This document shows, piece after piece, positions 16,449 to 29,730 of a DNA stretch of 64,000 nucleotides. How positions within the stretch are numbered: the stretch's first letter is position 1; every line of letters begins with the position of its first letter. The notes beneath the pieces are model-generated. The model searched no databases. It was not told the origin of the DNA and worked only from the letters and a program-made list of their open reading frames with translations. Location: positions 15,114,418 through 15,178,417 of the forward strand of contig CAVNZM010000001.1 in assembly GCA_963693365.1 (NCBI GenBank), read 5' to 3'. The position numbers and the translations under genes are program-made. The DNA is from Amoebidium appalachense. Its lineage: Eukaryota > Protista > Ichthyosporea.

Positions 16449-17063
16449 ACACACAAACACACACACACACACACACAGACACACAGACATACACACATCT
16501 TGCTCCCGCTTATTATCATGGAAGACACTTCTCCTGCACTCCTCCACATGCTTTCCCATCACCAATGACACCCACTCATTTGAACACAACCCCGTGGTAA
16601 ATAATTCAAAAATGCAAACCCCCTCCCTCCCCCCTCCCCCCCCTCCCCCCCCTTAAAAAAAAAAAAAAAAGGCAAAAAAAGGCAAAAAAAGGAAAGAAAG
16701 AAGAAAGGGGGAAAAAATAAAACGACAAAACATACACATCGGACCCTTTTCAAACACTTATACACACGCTCATACTTACAACTCAACACACACACATGCA
16801 TACAGACACCCCCAACCCCACCTCACCCCACCCGACCACCCATCCCCTTACCCCCACCAACCTACCCACCCACCCACACATCCCCCAAATCCTCCCCCCC
16901 CCCCCCGGCCCCCCCTCCCCCCCCCCCCTCCACCAGCTCAAACCCCCGTCCCCTCAACCCACCCACCACCCCTCCCCCCTCCCCCGACACCCTTTCTCCA
17001 CCTCCCTGACCCCTCCCCTTCCTCCCGTCCCTCTCCCCCCCCCTCCCCCCTCCCCCCTCTTCC

Positions 17064-17094
<31 letters not shown>

Positions 17095-17538
17095 ACACCT
17101 GTACACGGCTCTAGCCAGGCATATTCTCTGTCGCTGTCCCCCGCTCAGAGTCACGCCCTTCGCCCCAACCTCTGTAGAGTCCCCCCCCTCCATCTCCATA
17201 AGATCTCTCAAAAGACAGCCCGCACCCACCACCTCCCTGTACCACTCTGCGTCGTATGGAAGCCCAAATTCAATGTTTTCGCGAATGATGCTGCATGGGC
17301 GGCGCCGGCGGGGGGGGGGGGGGGGGGGGGGAGGGGGGAGGGGAAGGGGGGGGCGAAGGGGGGAGGGGAGGGGGGGGATTCGTGTAAGTGGGTGAGTGTG
17401 TGGGTTGGTGTGGGTGGTTGGGTAGGTGGATGTGGGTGGGTGGGTGGGTGGGGGGAGGGGGGGGAAAGGGTTGGGTGTGTGGGTGGGTATGGGTGGGTGA
17501 GAGAGAGAGAGAGAGAGTGTGTGTGTGTGTGTGTGTGC

Positions 17539-17582
<44 letters not shown>

Positions 17583-17988
17583 TTATAGGTGCGTGTGTGT
17601 GTCTGTTTGTGTCTGTATATGTGTGTGTGTCTGTGTATGTGTGTGTGTCTGTGTATGTGTGTGTGTCTGTGTCATGTGTGTGTGTGTCTGTGTTATGTGT
17701 GTGTGTATGTGTCTGTGTGTGTGTGTGTGTCTGTGTTTTGTGTGTGTGCCTGTGTGTGTCTGTGTCATGTGTGTGTGTGTCTGTGTTATGTGTGTGTGTG
17801 TGTGTCTGTGTGTGTGTGTGTGTGTCTGTGTCATGTGTATGTGTGTCTGTGTTATGTGTGTGTATGTGTCTGTGTGTGTGTTTGTGTGTGTCTGTGTTTT
17901 GTGTGTGTGCCTGTGTGTGTGTGTGTGTGTGTGTGTCTGTGTGTGTGTGTGTGTCTGTGTGTGTGTGTGTCTGTGTTATGTGTGTGTG

Positions 17989-18022
<34 letters not shown>

Positions 18023-18149
18023 CATGGAAGCCCAGCAACAAGTAATCCCCCCACCCCCCTCCCCCCCTCCCCCCAACTCCTTCCCACCCCCCTCACTGCC
18101 CCTTCCCCCGACGACGATAATACAGACACAGATGAAGTAATCGGCGGCG

Positions 18150-18180
<31 letters not shown>

Positions 18181-18481
18181 GGGGGAGAGGGAGGGGAACG
18201 TGCAAGGTTACAGCTGTGTGTGTGTGTGTGTGTGTGTGTAGAAGGGGCAGGAAGCACAGACCAACAAATGCAAATGAATGGACACATTGGTGCCACAAAG
18301 GGGGGTAGTAGGGTGGTGGATTGGAGGAGGAGAAAGCCCCGGGGCCGAGGGGAGGGGGGGAGGGGGGGGGGGGGGGGGGGGGGGAGGGCGGAGATTATGT
18401 GCACCAAGAGTAGCAAATATGCAGTATTTACACGTACAAAGAACCTTTATTCCCAATCGGCATGCTGGGAAGGGTGGGGAG

Positions 18482-18517
<36 letters not shown>

Positions 18518-20061
18518 TAATGAGGAATGTGAATAGGCCCACGGGGACTTCGGTACTGGTAAGGGGAGCGAGCCACAGCAGGAGTAGGACAGATAGAAAG
18601 GGGGAAGTTGGGATGCGAGGGAGGAGGAGTGAAGGGATGGAGGGAGAGAGGGAGGGAGGGACTCGGAGGGAGAAGAGGGATTTTGAAGGCGGGATTGAGG
18701 GATGGAGCAAGGGGCAGAGAGAGGGGGGGGCTGGAGGGGTTGGAACCGAGGGCATACACACACACACGGAGAGAGAAATAGAGAGAAAAAAGAGAAGGAG
18801 AAAGAAAATGTCTGTGTGTGTACGTGTGTGCGTGTGAGGAAATGACAGGAGAGGTCGAGATAGAATTAGAGAGAGAGGGAAAAAATTTCCTTTCCACTCA
18901 CCCAGCCATGATCCACGGTTGCTGTGCCACATATGCCACCCTCCCCTTAACCCCCACACTACCCTTAACCCTATGCATCTCCCCCAACAACGACATCACA
19001 AACGCCGACTTTCCCGCACCCGTCGGCCCCACAACACACGTGAGATCACCCGTTCTCATGGTTTTGTCGACATTTTGTAGCACTGGGAATTTACCCTCCT
19101 CCCACGTGACTGAGAGGCTTTGAGCACGTGCTGAATACCTTCTGGAAGAATGCGGAATATGATTAAATTAGTGTAATGTTGAACGTGAGGATTGTTGGTG
19201 GTTGGTGCAAGTAGGCGAGGGTCGAGTTTTCTGAGGTTTCTGTGTCAAAATAAACATGGGTTTCGCTGTTAGCACAGAAGGGAAAGGTAGATTTACAAAC
19301 TAGGCGAAGGAAGAGATATTATTTAAACTATGTGTTGCAACGAAGGGGCGAATGGGTTGAAAGGGGTGCGGGATCACACAGAGATGCACCTGGGGGAGGG
19401 AGAGGGGGGGGGGGGGGGGGGGGGGGGAAGGGGGTATAATTGCATTAAGGGCTGGCCAGCAGAATTACCGGGGGGGGGGGGGGGGGGGGGAGGGAGGAAA
19501 GAAAAAAAGAAAGAAAGGAAAGAAAGACAAGAAACCACACAATAAAATCACGAGGGGAGGGGGGGGGGGGGGAGGGGGGGGGAGGGGGGGGGAGGAAGGT
19601 AGCCGTAAACTTTACCTGGTGTCCACTGGTGCCCATAAAAAGCAACAGTAACCATATGCACCAATGATTTTTTTCAAGAAGCCCAATTAAAGAAAACCCT
19701 TCTTACCTTTTTTCCTGCTGCTGCTGCATGCCCGTTTCCACCTCCCCTAACACCAGAAAATCAGCAATAAGGTTTAAAGAGATTGAAGCCTGGGTGAAAA
19801 GAGTTGACTACGCGAGGTACGGTACTAAGGGGCACACGCATGACATTGAATGCCGCCAAGGTGCCAAACACGGTCACAGCGTCGAGTTTTTAGCCCAGAA
19901 TTTTGTGTTTAGGTGTGTTTGGGTTTGGGCAGGGAGGGGGGTGGGGGGGATGCGGGGGAGGGGGGGGGGGGGAGGAGGGGGTAAGTGTGTGGGTGTGGGA
20001 GCGAGGGGGGGCGGCGGGTGGGGGTAGGGGGGTAGGTGTGTGTACATATGTGTGTGTGTGT

Positions 20062-20415
20062 GAGTTAGTGAGTGAGTGGTGTGAGGACGTATGTATGTGT
20101 GTGTCTGTGTGTGTGTGTGTGAGTTAGTGAGTGAGTGGTGTGAGGACGTATGTATGTGTGTGTCTGTGTGTGTGTGTGTGAGTTAGTGAGTGAGTGGTGT
20201 GAGGACGTATGTATGTGTGTGTCTGTGTGTGTGTGTGTGAGTTAGTGAGTGAGTGGTGTGAGGACGTATGTATGTGTGTGTCTGTGTGTGTGTGTGTGAG
20301 TTAGTGAGTGAGTGGTGTGAGGACGTATGTATGTGTGTGTCTGTGTGTGTGTGTGTGAGTTAGTGAGTGAGTGGTGTGAGGACGTATGTATGTGTGTGTC
20401 TGTGTGTGTGTGTGT
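20062..20415. repeat. Minisatellite, 6 x 59 bp, unit includes a (TG)n tract
   Basis: GAGTTAGTGAGTGAGTGGTGTGAGGACGTATGTATGTGTGTGTCTG(TG)n recurs at 20062, 20121, 20180, 20239, 20298 and 20357. Confidence 0.9.
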
Positions 20416-20861
20416 ATTTCTGCGTAAGTGCACCTTTGCACAAACACATACATAGTCGAATAGAGGGGAGGAAGGGGGTGTGGGAAGGGGAGGGGGGGGG
20501 GGGGTTTAAGATTATCATTTGGCAAGTCAGGTGAAACTACATGTGAAGGGGGCTGTGAGAAAAGCAATACATAACCACGTAGGGCCCCTTTCGTGAAAAA
20601 GATTATATTTTAATTTCCGTATATGGCTAATCCGATCGAACCGGACTCGATCTGGACCAATCATAGCGTATGAATGCTTATCGGTGTTTCTCTTGTGGTC
20701 GTGTCTCGTTGTTTTTCTTTCCCTTTCCTCCCCAAATTTTCTTGATGTTGCGCTGGCGCCTGCACCAAGCATGTTTGGGCGGATATATGTCTGTGTTTGA
20801 GAATCAGCGATGATTCATAAGGGAAGGAGTGGGTGGGTTTTGGGGGCCACGAGAAGGGGAA

Positions 20862-20920
<59 letters not shown>

Positions 20921-21727
20921 CAAGGGGGGAGGGGGGGGGGAGGGTGTGTGTGTGTGTGTGTGTGGGGAGGGGGGGGGGGGGGGTTCTGCAGTAGGGGTTG
21001 GCAAACACTGAGCAAAGACTTCAAAAAATCACAAATTGGGGACGGGTGGGGGGGTGGGGGGTGGGAGGGGGGTGGAAAACGGGGGGGGGGGGGGGGGGGG
21101 GGAGGGAGGGAGGGGAGGGAGGAGGGACATGTACCACGATGTAACAGAAGAAAGTAGCCAGGCCCACAAAGATGGGGGGTGGTCCTCCAGATGAAATCAG
21201 CCACCGAGCGCATGTACACAAACACAAGTAGTTTCTGAAGCTCATGGTGGCGCAGTTTTGTTATGTTGGATGATGTGGTGTCCTCCCGGGCAAGCAGTTT
21301 GATTACACGTATGCCCTGTGTGTGTCAGTGGGTGGTGGGTGATAGGACGGGGTGGAGAAGAGAAAGAGTTATCAGTGGTGTTTATTTGTTGGAAATTGTT
21401 GTGATTGGAGGCAGCCAATCACACAGCACAGGTCTCAGTGAGGGAATGGCATCATATTGGTAAATAAATATGCACATCTACACACATATTCACACAAGCA
21501 CACACACACACACACACACATACACGCACGCACGCGCGTGCGCGCACGCACGCACACACACACACACACACACCCTTTTCCACCTGCCCCCCCTTCTCCC
21601 CACCCCCCAAAACACACACACCCACCAACCCACCCAACCATCCCCCCCCCCCCCCCCCAAAAAAAAAAAAAAAAAAAAAAAAACACCCACCCACCCACAC
21701 TCCTCCCCCTCATCCCCTTACCACCTC

Positions 21728-21758
<31 letters not shown>

Positions 21759-21842
21759 ACACACACCCCACCTTCACCCCCCTCCCCTCACCCCCCCCCC
21801 CCCCCCCATCACCCCCTAATCCCCTCCCCCCCTCCTCCTCCC

Positions 21843-21873
<31 letters not shown>

Positions 21874-22155
21874 ACACTGTAACCTTAATACAAAACGTTT
21901 AAGGGAGATACACAGACCCTCAACATTTCCGCCAGAGCCGAGACTCTTCCATCGACCTTCTGCATGAATCCATGCTGCAACTTTCCTAATTTGGTAGCAA
22001 CCGTCGCGTTTGTAGGCAGTGCAACCACCATAACGGCCATCCCAGCCAAGGCAGAAACACATATGATATCCCAGAGCATGGCGAGGGCTAGGGCAAAGGT
22101 TATGGGGGCACACCACCCATCGTGAAAGTCGTAGGTGACATCTGTGTGTGTGTGT

Positions 22156-22190
<35 letters not shown>

Positions 22191-22505
22191 AGGTGGGTGG
22201 GTGGGTGGGGTGGGGGAGTGGGTGGGTGGGTGGGGATGGGATGGGGGGGAAGGGGGGGAGAGTGGGTGGTGTGTGTGTGTGTGTGTGTATGTGTGTGTGT
22301 GTGTGTGTTTGTGTGTGTGTGTTTGTTTGGGTTTGGGGGGAGGGAGAGGGGTGGGTGGGTGGGGGGTGGCGGAGGGGGTGGGTGAGTGGGTAGGGTTGGG
22401 GAAGGGGGCGGGAAAGGTGATGAGTGTGTGTGTGTGTATGTGTGTGCATTGGGGGTAGGGGGGTGGGGAGAGGGGGCGGGAGGGGAGGTGTGTGTGTGTG
22501 TGCGA

Positions 22506-22541
<36 letters not shown>

Positions 22542-22848
22542 AGGGGGAGGGGGAGATGGGGGCACGTGCCTGTGTTGTTTCAAGAAAGAGAGAGTGGCCG
22601 GGGGGGAGAAGGGTGGACAGGGAGGGGTTAGAATGTGCAACAAAACGAGGTACCACAACGGACCACATGATGCATATTGAAAAGTACATGCACAGAATAT
22701 GAGTCATCAATAGAGCCCCCCAACCATAGGTTAGGGGGGCAGGCGGGGAGGGGGGGGGGGGGGACAGGAGGGGGGTTGGGGATGGGGAGGAGGAGAGGGT
22801 AGAGGGAGTCCAAGTCCAAATCAAACCACTGCTACACATATACATCCT

Positions 22849-23072
22849 TAAACCATTTCCAGTTTTTTTTTGGGCTTAACGAAAGTGAGGTCAGGGTATC
22901 TTTCTTTCGTATCTACTACTACATATCAGCCTTCGACAATTCCTTTTTTAGGCAGGGTTTCCTTACCACATACCAATACATCTCAGCCTATAAACCAGAT
23001 AAGCTGTAAAGCGTCTGACTCTGGCCTCCACGTTTATCAGGGTAGTCTTCTCTAAACCCCTAAACCATTTCC
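22849..23072 (-). mobile_element. Probable short retroposed insertion (SINE or LINE 3' fragment) with 12-bp TSD
   Basis: TAAACCATTTCC at 22849-22860 and 23061-23072 flanks a 200-bp unique insert that ends in an A9 tail on the minus strand. Confidence 0.5.
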
Positions 23073-23565
23073 CCATTTTAAAACTCAACAACAAACTGTA
23101 CATCCGTGGGTGTACCGATATACAATGTAGGATACCATAACTTCTTTAATATTCACTTACCGCACACCCTCTCCGAGTCTATAGCCATCAGGTTTGAGAT
23201 TTGGCCCAAGCTGGTCTCCTGCCTGGCCGTGCTGCTAAGCCGAAGTATCTTGCCGTAGATTAAAGAAACAACCGCAGACCTCCAGTGTGTGCCGCTGCGT
23301 GTGCGCACATAGTACGAGTACTGAAGGGGGTGGGGGGGAGGGGGGAAGGGGAAGAGGGGCGGGGGAGGGGGAGGGGGGGGAAGGGGCGAGGAGGGGGTAG
23401 TGTTGGTGAGGGGGTTTCGTTAGATTTCTTTTTATTGACTCCCGAAAAAATCTATAATGCTGTCTTTATGTGTCTTTCAAGTATTGGTGTAAAAGTTCAG
23501 TGCGTTGGGCGAAGAGAACAAGACACACCTTAAGAAGACTGGGGGGGGGGAGGGGGGGGGGAGGG

Positions 23566-23648
<83 letters not shown>

Positions 23649-24253
23649 CGCGCGCGTGTGCGTGTGTGTGTGTGTGTGCGCGTGCACTTGCGTGTGTGTG
23701 TGTGTGTGCTGCCTGAGTGGGGCCGGGGGTGGGGGGGGGGGGGGGAGAGGGGGGGGGAGGAGGGAGAGGGGGAGTCACAGAAAGTAGTTGGGGCAGAATA
23801 TTTCCAAAAAGGAAGACTCGACCCACCTCCATAGTGACAGATGCCATAAACGGAGCCCAAAAAAGCCCCCCCACATAGACCCACACCACAGTCTCCGACA
23901 TTTGCACCGTCCCTTGGAGATAGCCAATCAGCTCTTTCAGAATGTACGGGCCGACCAATAAAAACAGAGCATTCAACTCGGATGAAATTCCTGAGACGAA
24001 AAACCCTTACCACTCCATTCGTAGGAGGATAAAGAGGAGGCGTGGGCATGGCGGAATGTTCCGGTGGGATATCGGGTGAGCAGGTCTTGGGAGACGTGGT
24101 GGGTGAGGTCGAACGGTTGCATCAGCCAAGTGTCTTTGAACTGAAGGGGCCGCTTGTATCCCTGTTTAAAAGATTTAGTTTTTGTGTTTTATTCTTATTA
24201 TTTGTGTGTGTGTGGGGGGGGGGGGGGGGGGGGGGGGGGGTTGTGTGTGTGTG

Positions 24254-24308
<55 letters not shown>

Positions 24309-24347
24309 GCGTGTGTGTGTGCGTGCACGTGAGTGTCTTTTTGTTTG

Positions 24348-24429
<82 letters not shown>

Positions 24430-24973
24430 GTGTGCGTGTGCGTGCGTGCGTGCACACCTATGTGTCCATGTGTGCGTGAACATTTGTGAGTGAATCCGTT
24501 TTCTGCGCGTGTGCGTGCGAGAAGACTAATGAAAAAAAAATGCTTGGGATAAGCAAGAGAAGAAGAGAAACTTTTTTGTACGCACGTACACATGCACAAG
24601 CACACAACCCCCTCCCGCCCCCACCCTTCGACCCTTCCTCTCCCCTCCCCCCCAACACACACACACACACACTCTCTCCCTCTCTCTCTGTGTGTGTCTG
24701 TCTGTATTATCTGCCTTTTCATGGTCCCCACCCAAAGAATATGGAAGAGGTGGGCTGATGAAGCGCCGGGGGGAGGGGGGGGGGGGGGGGGGGAGGAGGG
24801 CTAGCTCTGTTAACGAAAACGTCAACCAATAGCTGTTTCGGCAGAGGCGGGAAGATGTGAAAAGAACTCAGAGATGTTCTAACGACTCAAAAGCAAAAAC
24901 CAAAAGCACACATGCAGTTAAATGGTAGGCGCTGTAAGTATGTGGGAGGTGGGGGCGGCGGGGGCGGGCGGGT

Positions 24974-25032
<59 letters not shown>

Positions 25033-25891
25033 CGGGGTTGGGGGAGGGGAAGGGGAGGGGGAAGGGTGGAGGGGTAGGGAGAGGATGATGGCTTGATAGA
25101 TGAGAGGGAGATAAGAACATTGTGGAGGGCGGCAAGGATGGGCTGGGGATGGTGGGAAGGGGGGGAGGGGGGAAGGAGGGAGGGGCAGAGGAGAGAAGGG
25201 AGAGAGGGGGGGGAGACGGGGGGAAGGGGGGGAGGGGGGGGGGGAGGGGGGAGGGGGGGGGGGGGGAGGGAGCACAAACCTCGTGAAGCAGTGGCAGCAA
25301 ATACTCATAAGTCATATGGGAGAGGGGACATACGTCAAATTCGGAACACACAACTTCCCCATTTGGTCCGATGGTTGGGGGGCGTGCGGGCCACACAAGG
25401 CCCAAAAATGTGGATAGGAGATGCAGTATTGTCTGGATTTTGAGTAGCACAATCCATTTTCCCGTTTATTGCTCAGGTTGAAAGTCCGTTGCGGTGCGTA
25501 GTTTTGCGAGTGAGGAGAGGAGGCTGACGATGAAGAATATCGTGGCTGCGATCGATGGACGGCTGTATGTGTTTGTGCACAGAGAGGTGAGGGAAGGCGG
25601 GCGGGGGGGGGGGGGGGGGGGGGGGGGAGGGAGGGAAAGTGGGGCAGGTGGGTGAAGAAATGAAACAGAGCGTCGGTGTGGATGTGCATGTGTATGTATT
25701 TGTAAGTTTGTGTTATGTGTGTGTGTGTGTGCGCGCGCGCACGCGCATGTGCGAGCGTGTGTGTACATGTGTGTGTTTATGGGCGTGCGCGCACGCGTGT
25801 GTGTATGGTTGAGCGGGTGGGTGGGTGAGGGAGTGAAGAGGCATGTGACTTTATATATATATATTTTTATATATATGTGTGTGTATGTGTG

Positions 25892-25940
<49 letters not shown>

Positions 25941-26017
25941 CTTATACAATGATACAATGATATATACATATATATGATATTATACAATGATATAATGATA
26001 TATACATATATATATAT

Positions 26018-26051
<34 letters not shown>

Positions 26052-26408
26052 GAAGGGAGGGGGATCTTCGGGTGAGTTCAATGCTATGTGTAATGATTTT
26101 CTTTCTTTTGAAACCAGGCCCCCGCCCCCCTCCCCTACCCCACCCCGCCCCTACCTTCCCACTCCAAACCCTCCTGTCTTGTTCCCGGATTGTACCTCGG
26201 AGTCCCTCAAAGGAACTACCGTCTTCCACCCAGCACCGACTATACTCTAGCTAGGGTGCTCTGTGTAAAGATATAAATTTGTTCATTTCTCCCCATCCAG
26301 AACCAAATCCATTTTCCCACCTCATTTCCACGGATAACGCCCCTCCCCCCCCCCCCCCCCCCCCCCCTCTCCCCCCCTCTCTCCCCCCCCCCCTCCCCCC
26401 CCCCAACA

Positions 26409-26443
<35 letters not shown>

Positions 26444-27006
26444 GAAAAAAGAGCAACCAAAGCATATATATCCCCCCCCCCCCCCCCCTCCCCCCCCCTC
26501 CCCCCCCCCCCAACCACCACCACCACCAATCTTCTCCCATCTCTCTACCCCCCCATCCCCCCGGCACCCAGCCTTCTCTTCTTATAACGGAATAGCAGAT
26601 AAGAATCGTGTGGATTGCATATTACAACACCACCAGTAGATTATTTGGTTATAAAAGTATTAAATTCAGGGTGGTTTGGTGTTTGTTTTTTTTGCCTTCT
26701 TTCAATCTATGATGATTGAGATGGCCCTCCAAAAAAAAAAAAAAAAAAAAAAAACGGAAAACGCCATGCTACAGTAGGGGGGGTCGATTGGGATGGCTAA
26801 GACGGTCTGTGTGTGAGTGCGAGTGTGAGTGTGAGTGTGTCCGTGGACACACTGGCGGCGCACGGGCATGTAACTTTCACCCCCCTCCCCCCCCCCCCCC
26901 CCCAACCTCTCTCCTCTCAAATGTGCGTGAGTAGTGTTTGTGTGTGTGGGTGGGTGTGTGTGGTTGGGGCGGGGGCCGGGGGGGGGGGGGGGGGGGGGAG
27001 GGGGGG

Positions 27007-27049
<43 letters not shown>

Positions 27050-28992
27050 GGGGGGGGCGGGGGGAGTAAAAGGACTAATTAAATTCTTTAGTAGTGTTGT
27101 AATAAGTTGTAGTCGTAGTGTGTGTGTGTGTGTGTGTGGTTTGGGGGGGGGGGGAGGGGGGGGGGGTATGTTACACATTTGCACAAACATCATATGCCGA
27201 CACCGCAAAAACTAGCAGCCAAGAGAGGGAGGTGGTGCCTGCGGCAAGCCATGATGATTGAACTGATGCGTGCTGAACTGCCTCAAGGGTCTGAAGGGAA
27301 GCCACAGCACAAGCTGCTGCACGCAGAAGAGCGATAATAACTGCATGTGTCTGTGTGGAAGAAGGGTGAGGAGCGGCCATCACCCTCAGCAAAAGATCTG
27401 CATAGGATGAGTGTTGGGGAGCGAATTTGCAGGATGGGATTAGTACTAAATGCGGCTACGGTTAGGTTGAGACGTGATGAAAGGAAAATGAAGGAACAGT
27501 GGTCCGAGACTACTAGCTATAACGAGAAAGCCAGGGAAAAATTTCCACTCGAATGCACTGGATCCGGACGTCAATCAAAGCTGTGTGGAGCAGGATCACC
27601 TCCCCCCACCCCCCCACCCTCCCACCCCCAGCACCACCAGTTATCCAAAAAAAAAAACAGCGGGGCAAAAAGGCATGAATGCTGGTCGTAGGGCTGGGTG
27701 CGAAAGATAGGGGGGAGGCGAGGGAAGGGAAGAGTAGGGGAGCTGGGGAAAGTATGACTTATCTTTGCTAAGATGCCAGATCCATTCCCATGTTTGCTGT
27801 TTTCTACAGTTTGGTGCTCGCTCCCTGTCAACAGAGGTGTTGACTCATCACTTGCCTCCCACCTGTTGCGTGTGTCTTCCCCTCGCGTTAGACGCTTCCC
27901 TCTCTCATTTTTACTTAGTTTCTTGTTCTTGCAAGTTAAAGATAGGGCATTCATGGCGACTAGTGTAGCACACAATAAAGGCAGCGAGGAAACGATGATG
28001 ACATCTTCAAAACCGTATTCAAATCTGTTTGGTTGCTTGCGCTTGTGACTGTTAGTGCGAACCCTAGTGGGCCGCAAAAAGAACTCATTCTCTCACCCAC
28101 CTATAATGCACACGTGATTCTTTTACCTTCTCCCTTCACCACAATGCAAATACATGCAGCAATGGCAAGGCTTTCTCCTTGTTTTTCCGACCCTTTTCAA
28201 ACGGTTCAAAAGTCAAAACAAACAAACGGATCTCCAGTTCAGAAATCTCTCAGATCTTTGGTGATGCAATTTCAGCCAATAGGAAAAGGGTCACGGCCCC
28301 TTGTACTATTTTTAGAACCGCAAGGACATTCCGGGGCATGACATCATCAGCAAATACCCCAACCAAAACTTTTCTCTATTATAGAGGCTACTATACAAAG
28401 AACTTTCACACAGTTTACGCAGAGTATGCATGCCTATTGTAGTTGATGTATTCAATATACATAAACACAATACAATATATAAGAAATTGTTTTATCACAG
28501 AAGCTTAGATGTGTTTTGGGGCCGGAAATTTAGTATGAATGCGTCTGATGCGCGCTCGGCCAATACGATTGAACAGTGGCACAACTCTTTTGAAACTTTT
28601 CCCGGTCGCGGGAGCACGGGCTCTCAGAACTTGAAGGCTTTTCAAACTCCGAGCAAGGCAGCTGAGCAAGGCCTCCTACAATAATCTCTTAGGCCTATAG
28701 GTGGCCTTGACTCCAAATCGGCCGCAGCTCTCAGCATGCATGGGGCCGAGCGCGGCGGCGGGGGCCGCCGGGCAGTGAGATCGGTACACTGCCGCCTGCA
28801 CTGCGGCTGGCAGATACATGTGAGAGCTGCGGAGCACGGCCGACGGCGGCGTTGAGCGGAAAGTTACAGTGTCTAGACGGCTGGTCCTCCGGTAGGCAGC
28901 AGCATGATCATGATTCGGAGGTGTTGAAACCCATGAACTCCAGGGGTGGCGACGGGATACTTGTAAAGTCGGCAAAAAGACGGGCAGGGGAA

Positions 28993-29031
<39 letters not shown>

Positions 29032-29148
29032 CACTGCTGCCTACCAAGGCCAGGCCACATTCCCAATCTGCCCGCACCCACAGCTCAGAGCTGTGCCCGC
29101 TGTGCCCGCGTCAGCCCACATCACCCTAGGAAAATATGTGTTAGTAGA

Positions 29149-29222
29149 TGCCCTTTCGTTACATCTGTGATGGGGGCGCAGATGTAACGAAAGGGCAACT
29201 ACAACCCTGAAAGTTGTAGTTG
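29149..29222. other. Two adjacent perfect hairpins (19-bp and 10-bp stems)
   Basis: TGCCCTTTCGTTACATCTG-11 nt-CAGATGTAACGAAAGGGCA (29149-29197) and CAACTACAAC-7 nt-GTTGTAGTTG (29196-29222). Confidence 0.85.
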
Positions 29223-29730
29223 TATACTATGTACATGCATGCCCTTTCGTTGCATGCAGTATATTGTGTTATACCCATGTTCCGCGTCTAGAAGCATCCC
29301 TTTGTGAGCAGCTACGACATTTTGTTGGGGCCTTAGTCGTGGGCGAATTTCCTTTTTGCTTTTCGACCGAGTAATTGGTATTCACCATCATGCAAGTTAA
29401 CATCTATTCCTTCAAGGTTACTGCTCCATCTGCTCTGTGGCGTACTCGACTCACAACAATTGTTCGATGCTGGGTGCACACAGTGCACAAACATTTCAAT
29501 GGTAAAACCCTGTATTTCTTCATAGTATTATGGTTATGGTGTTTATTAACACCTCCGTCTTCGGGCCGGGAAACTCTTATGTACAAAAGCGCTACAGGGG
29601 CACCTTACAGGGGACCGTGAAAATGAAAGAATTTGGGAGCTCACTAGAGCAATCCCTTCAAAGCTCCATTTCATTGCAAATTTTGAATTACGGTGCTCAA
29701 ATGATTCTCTAAACTGTATAAAGCTCACAT

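Noticed and set aside
20062-20415. Regularly spaced repeats resembling a CRISPR array
   Set aside because: Units are fully tandem with no unique spacers, there are no cas genes, and the context is a eukaryotic intron.
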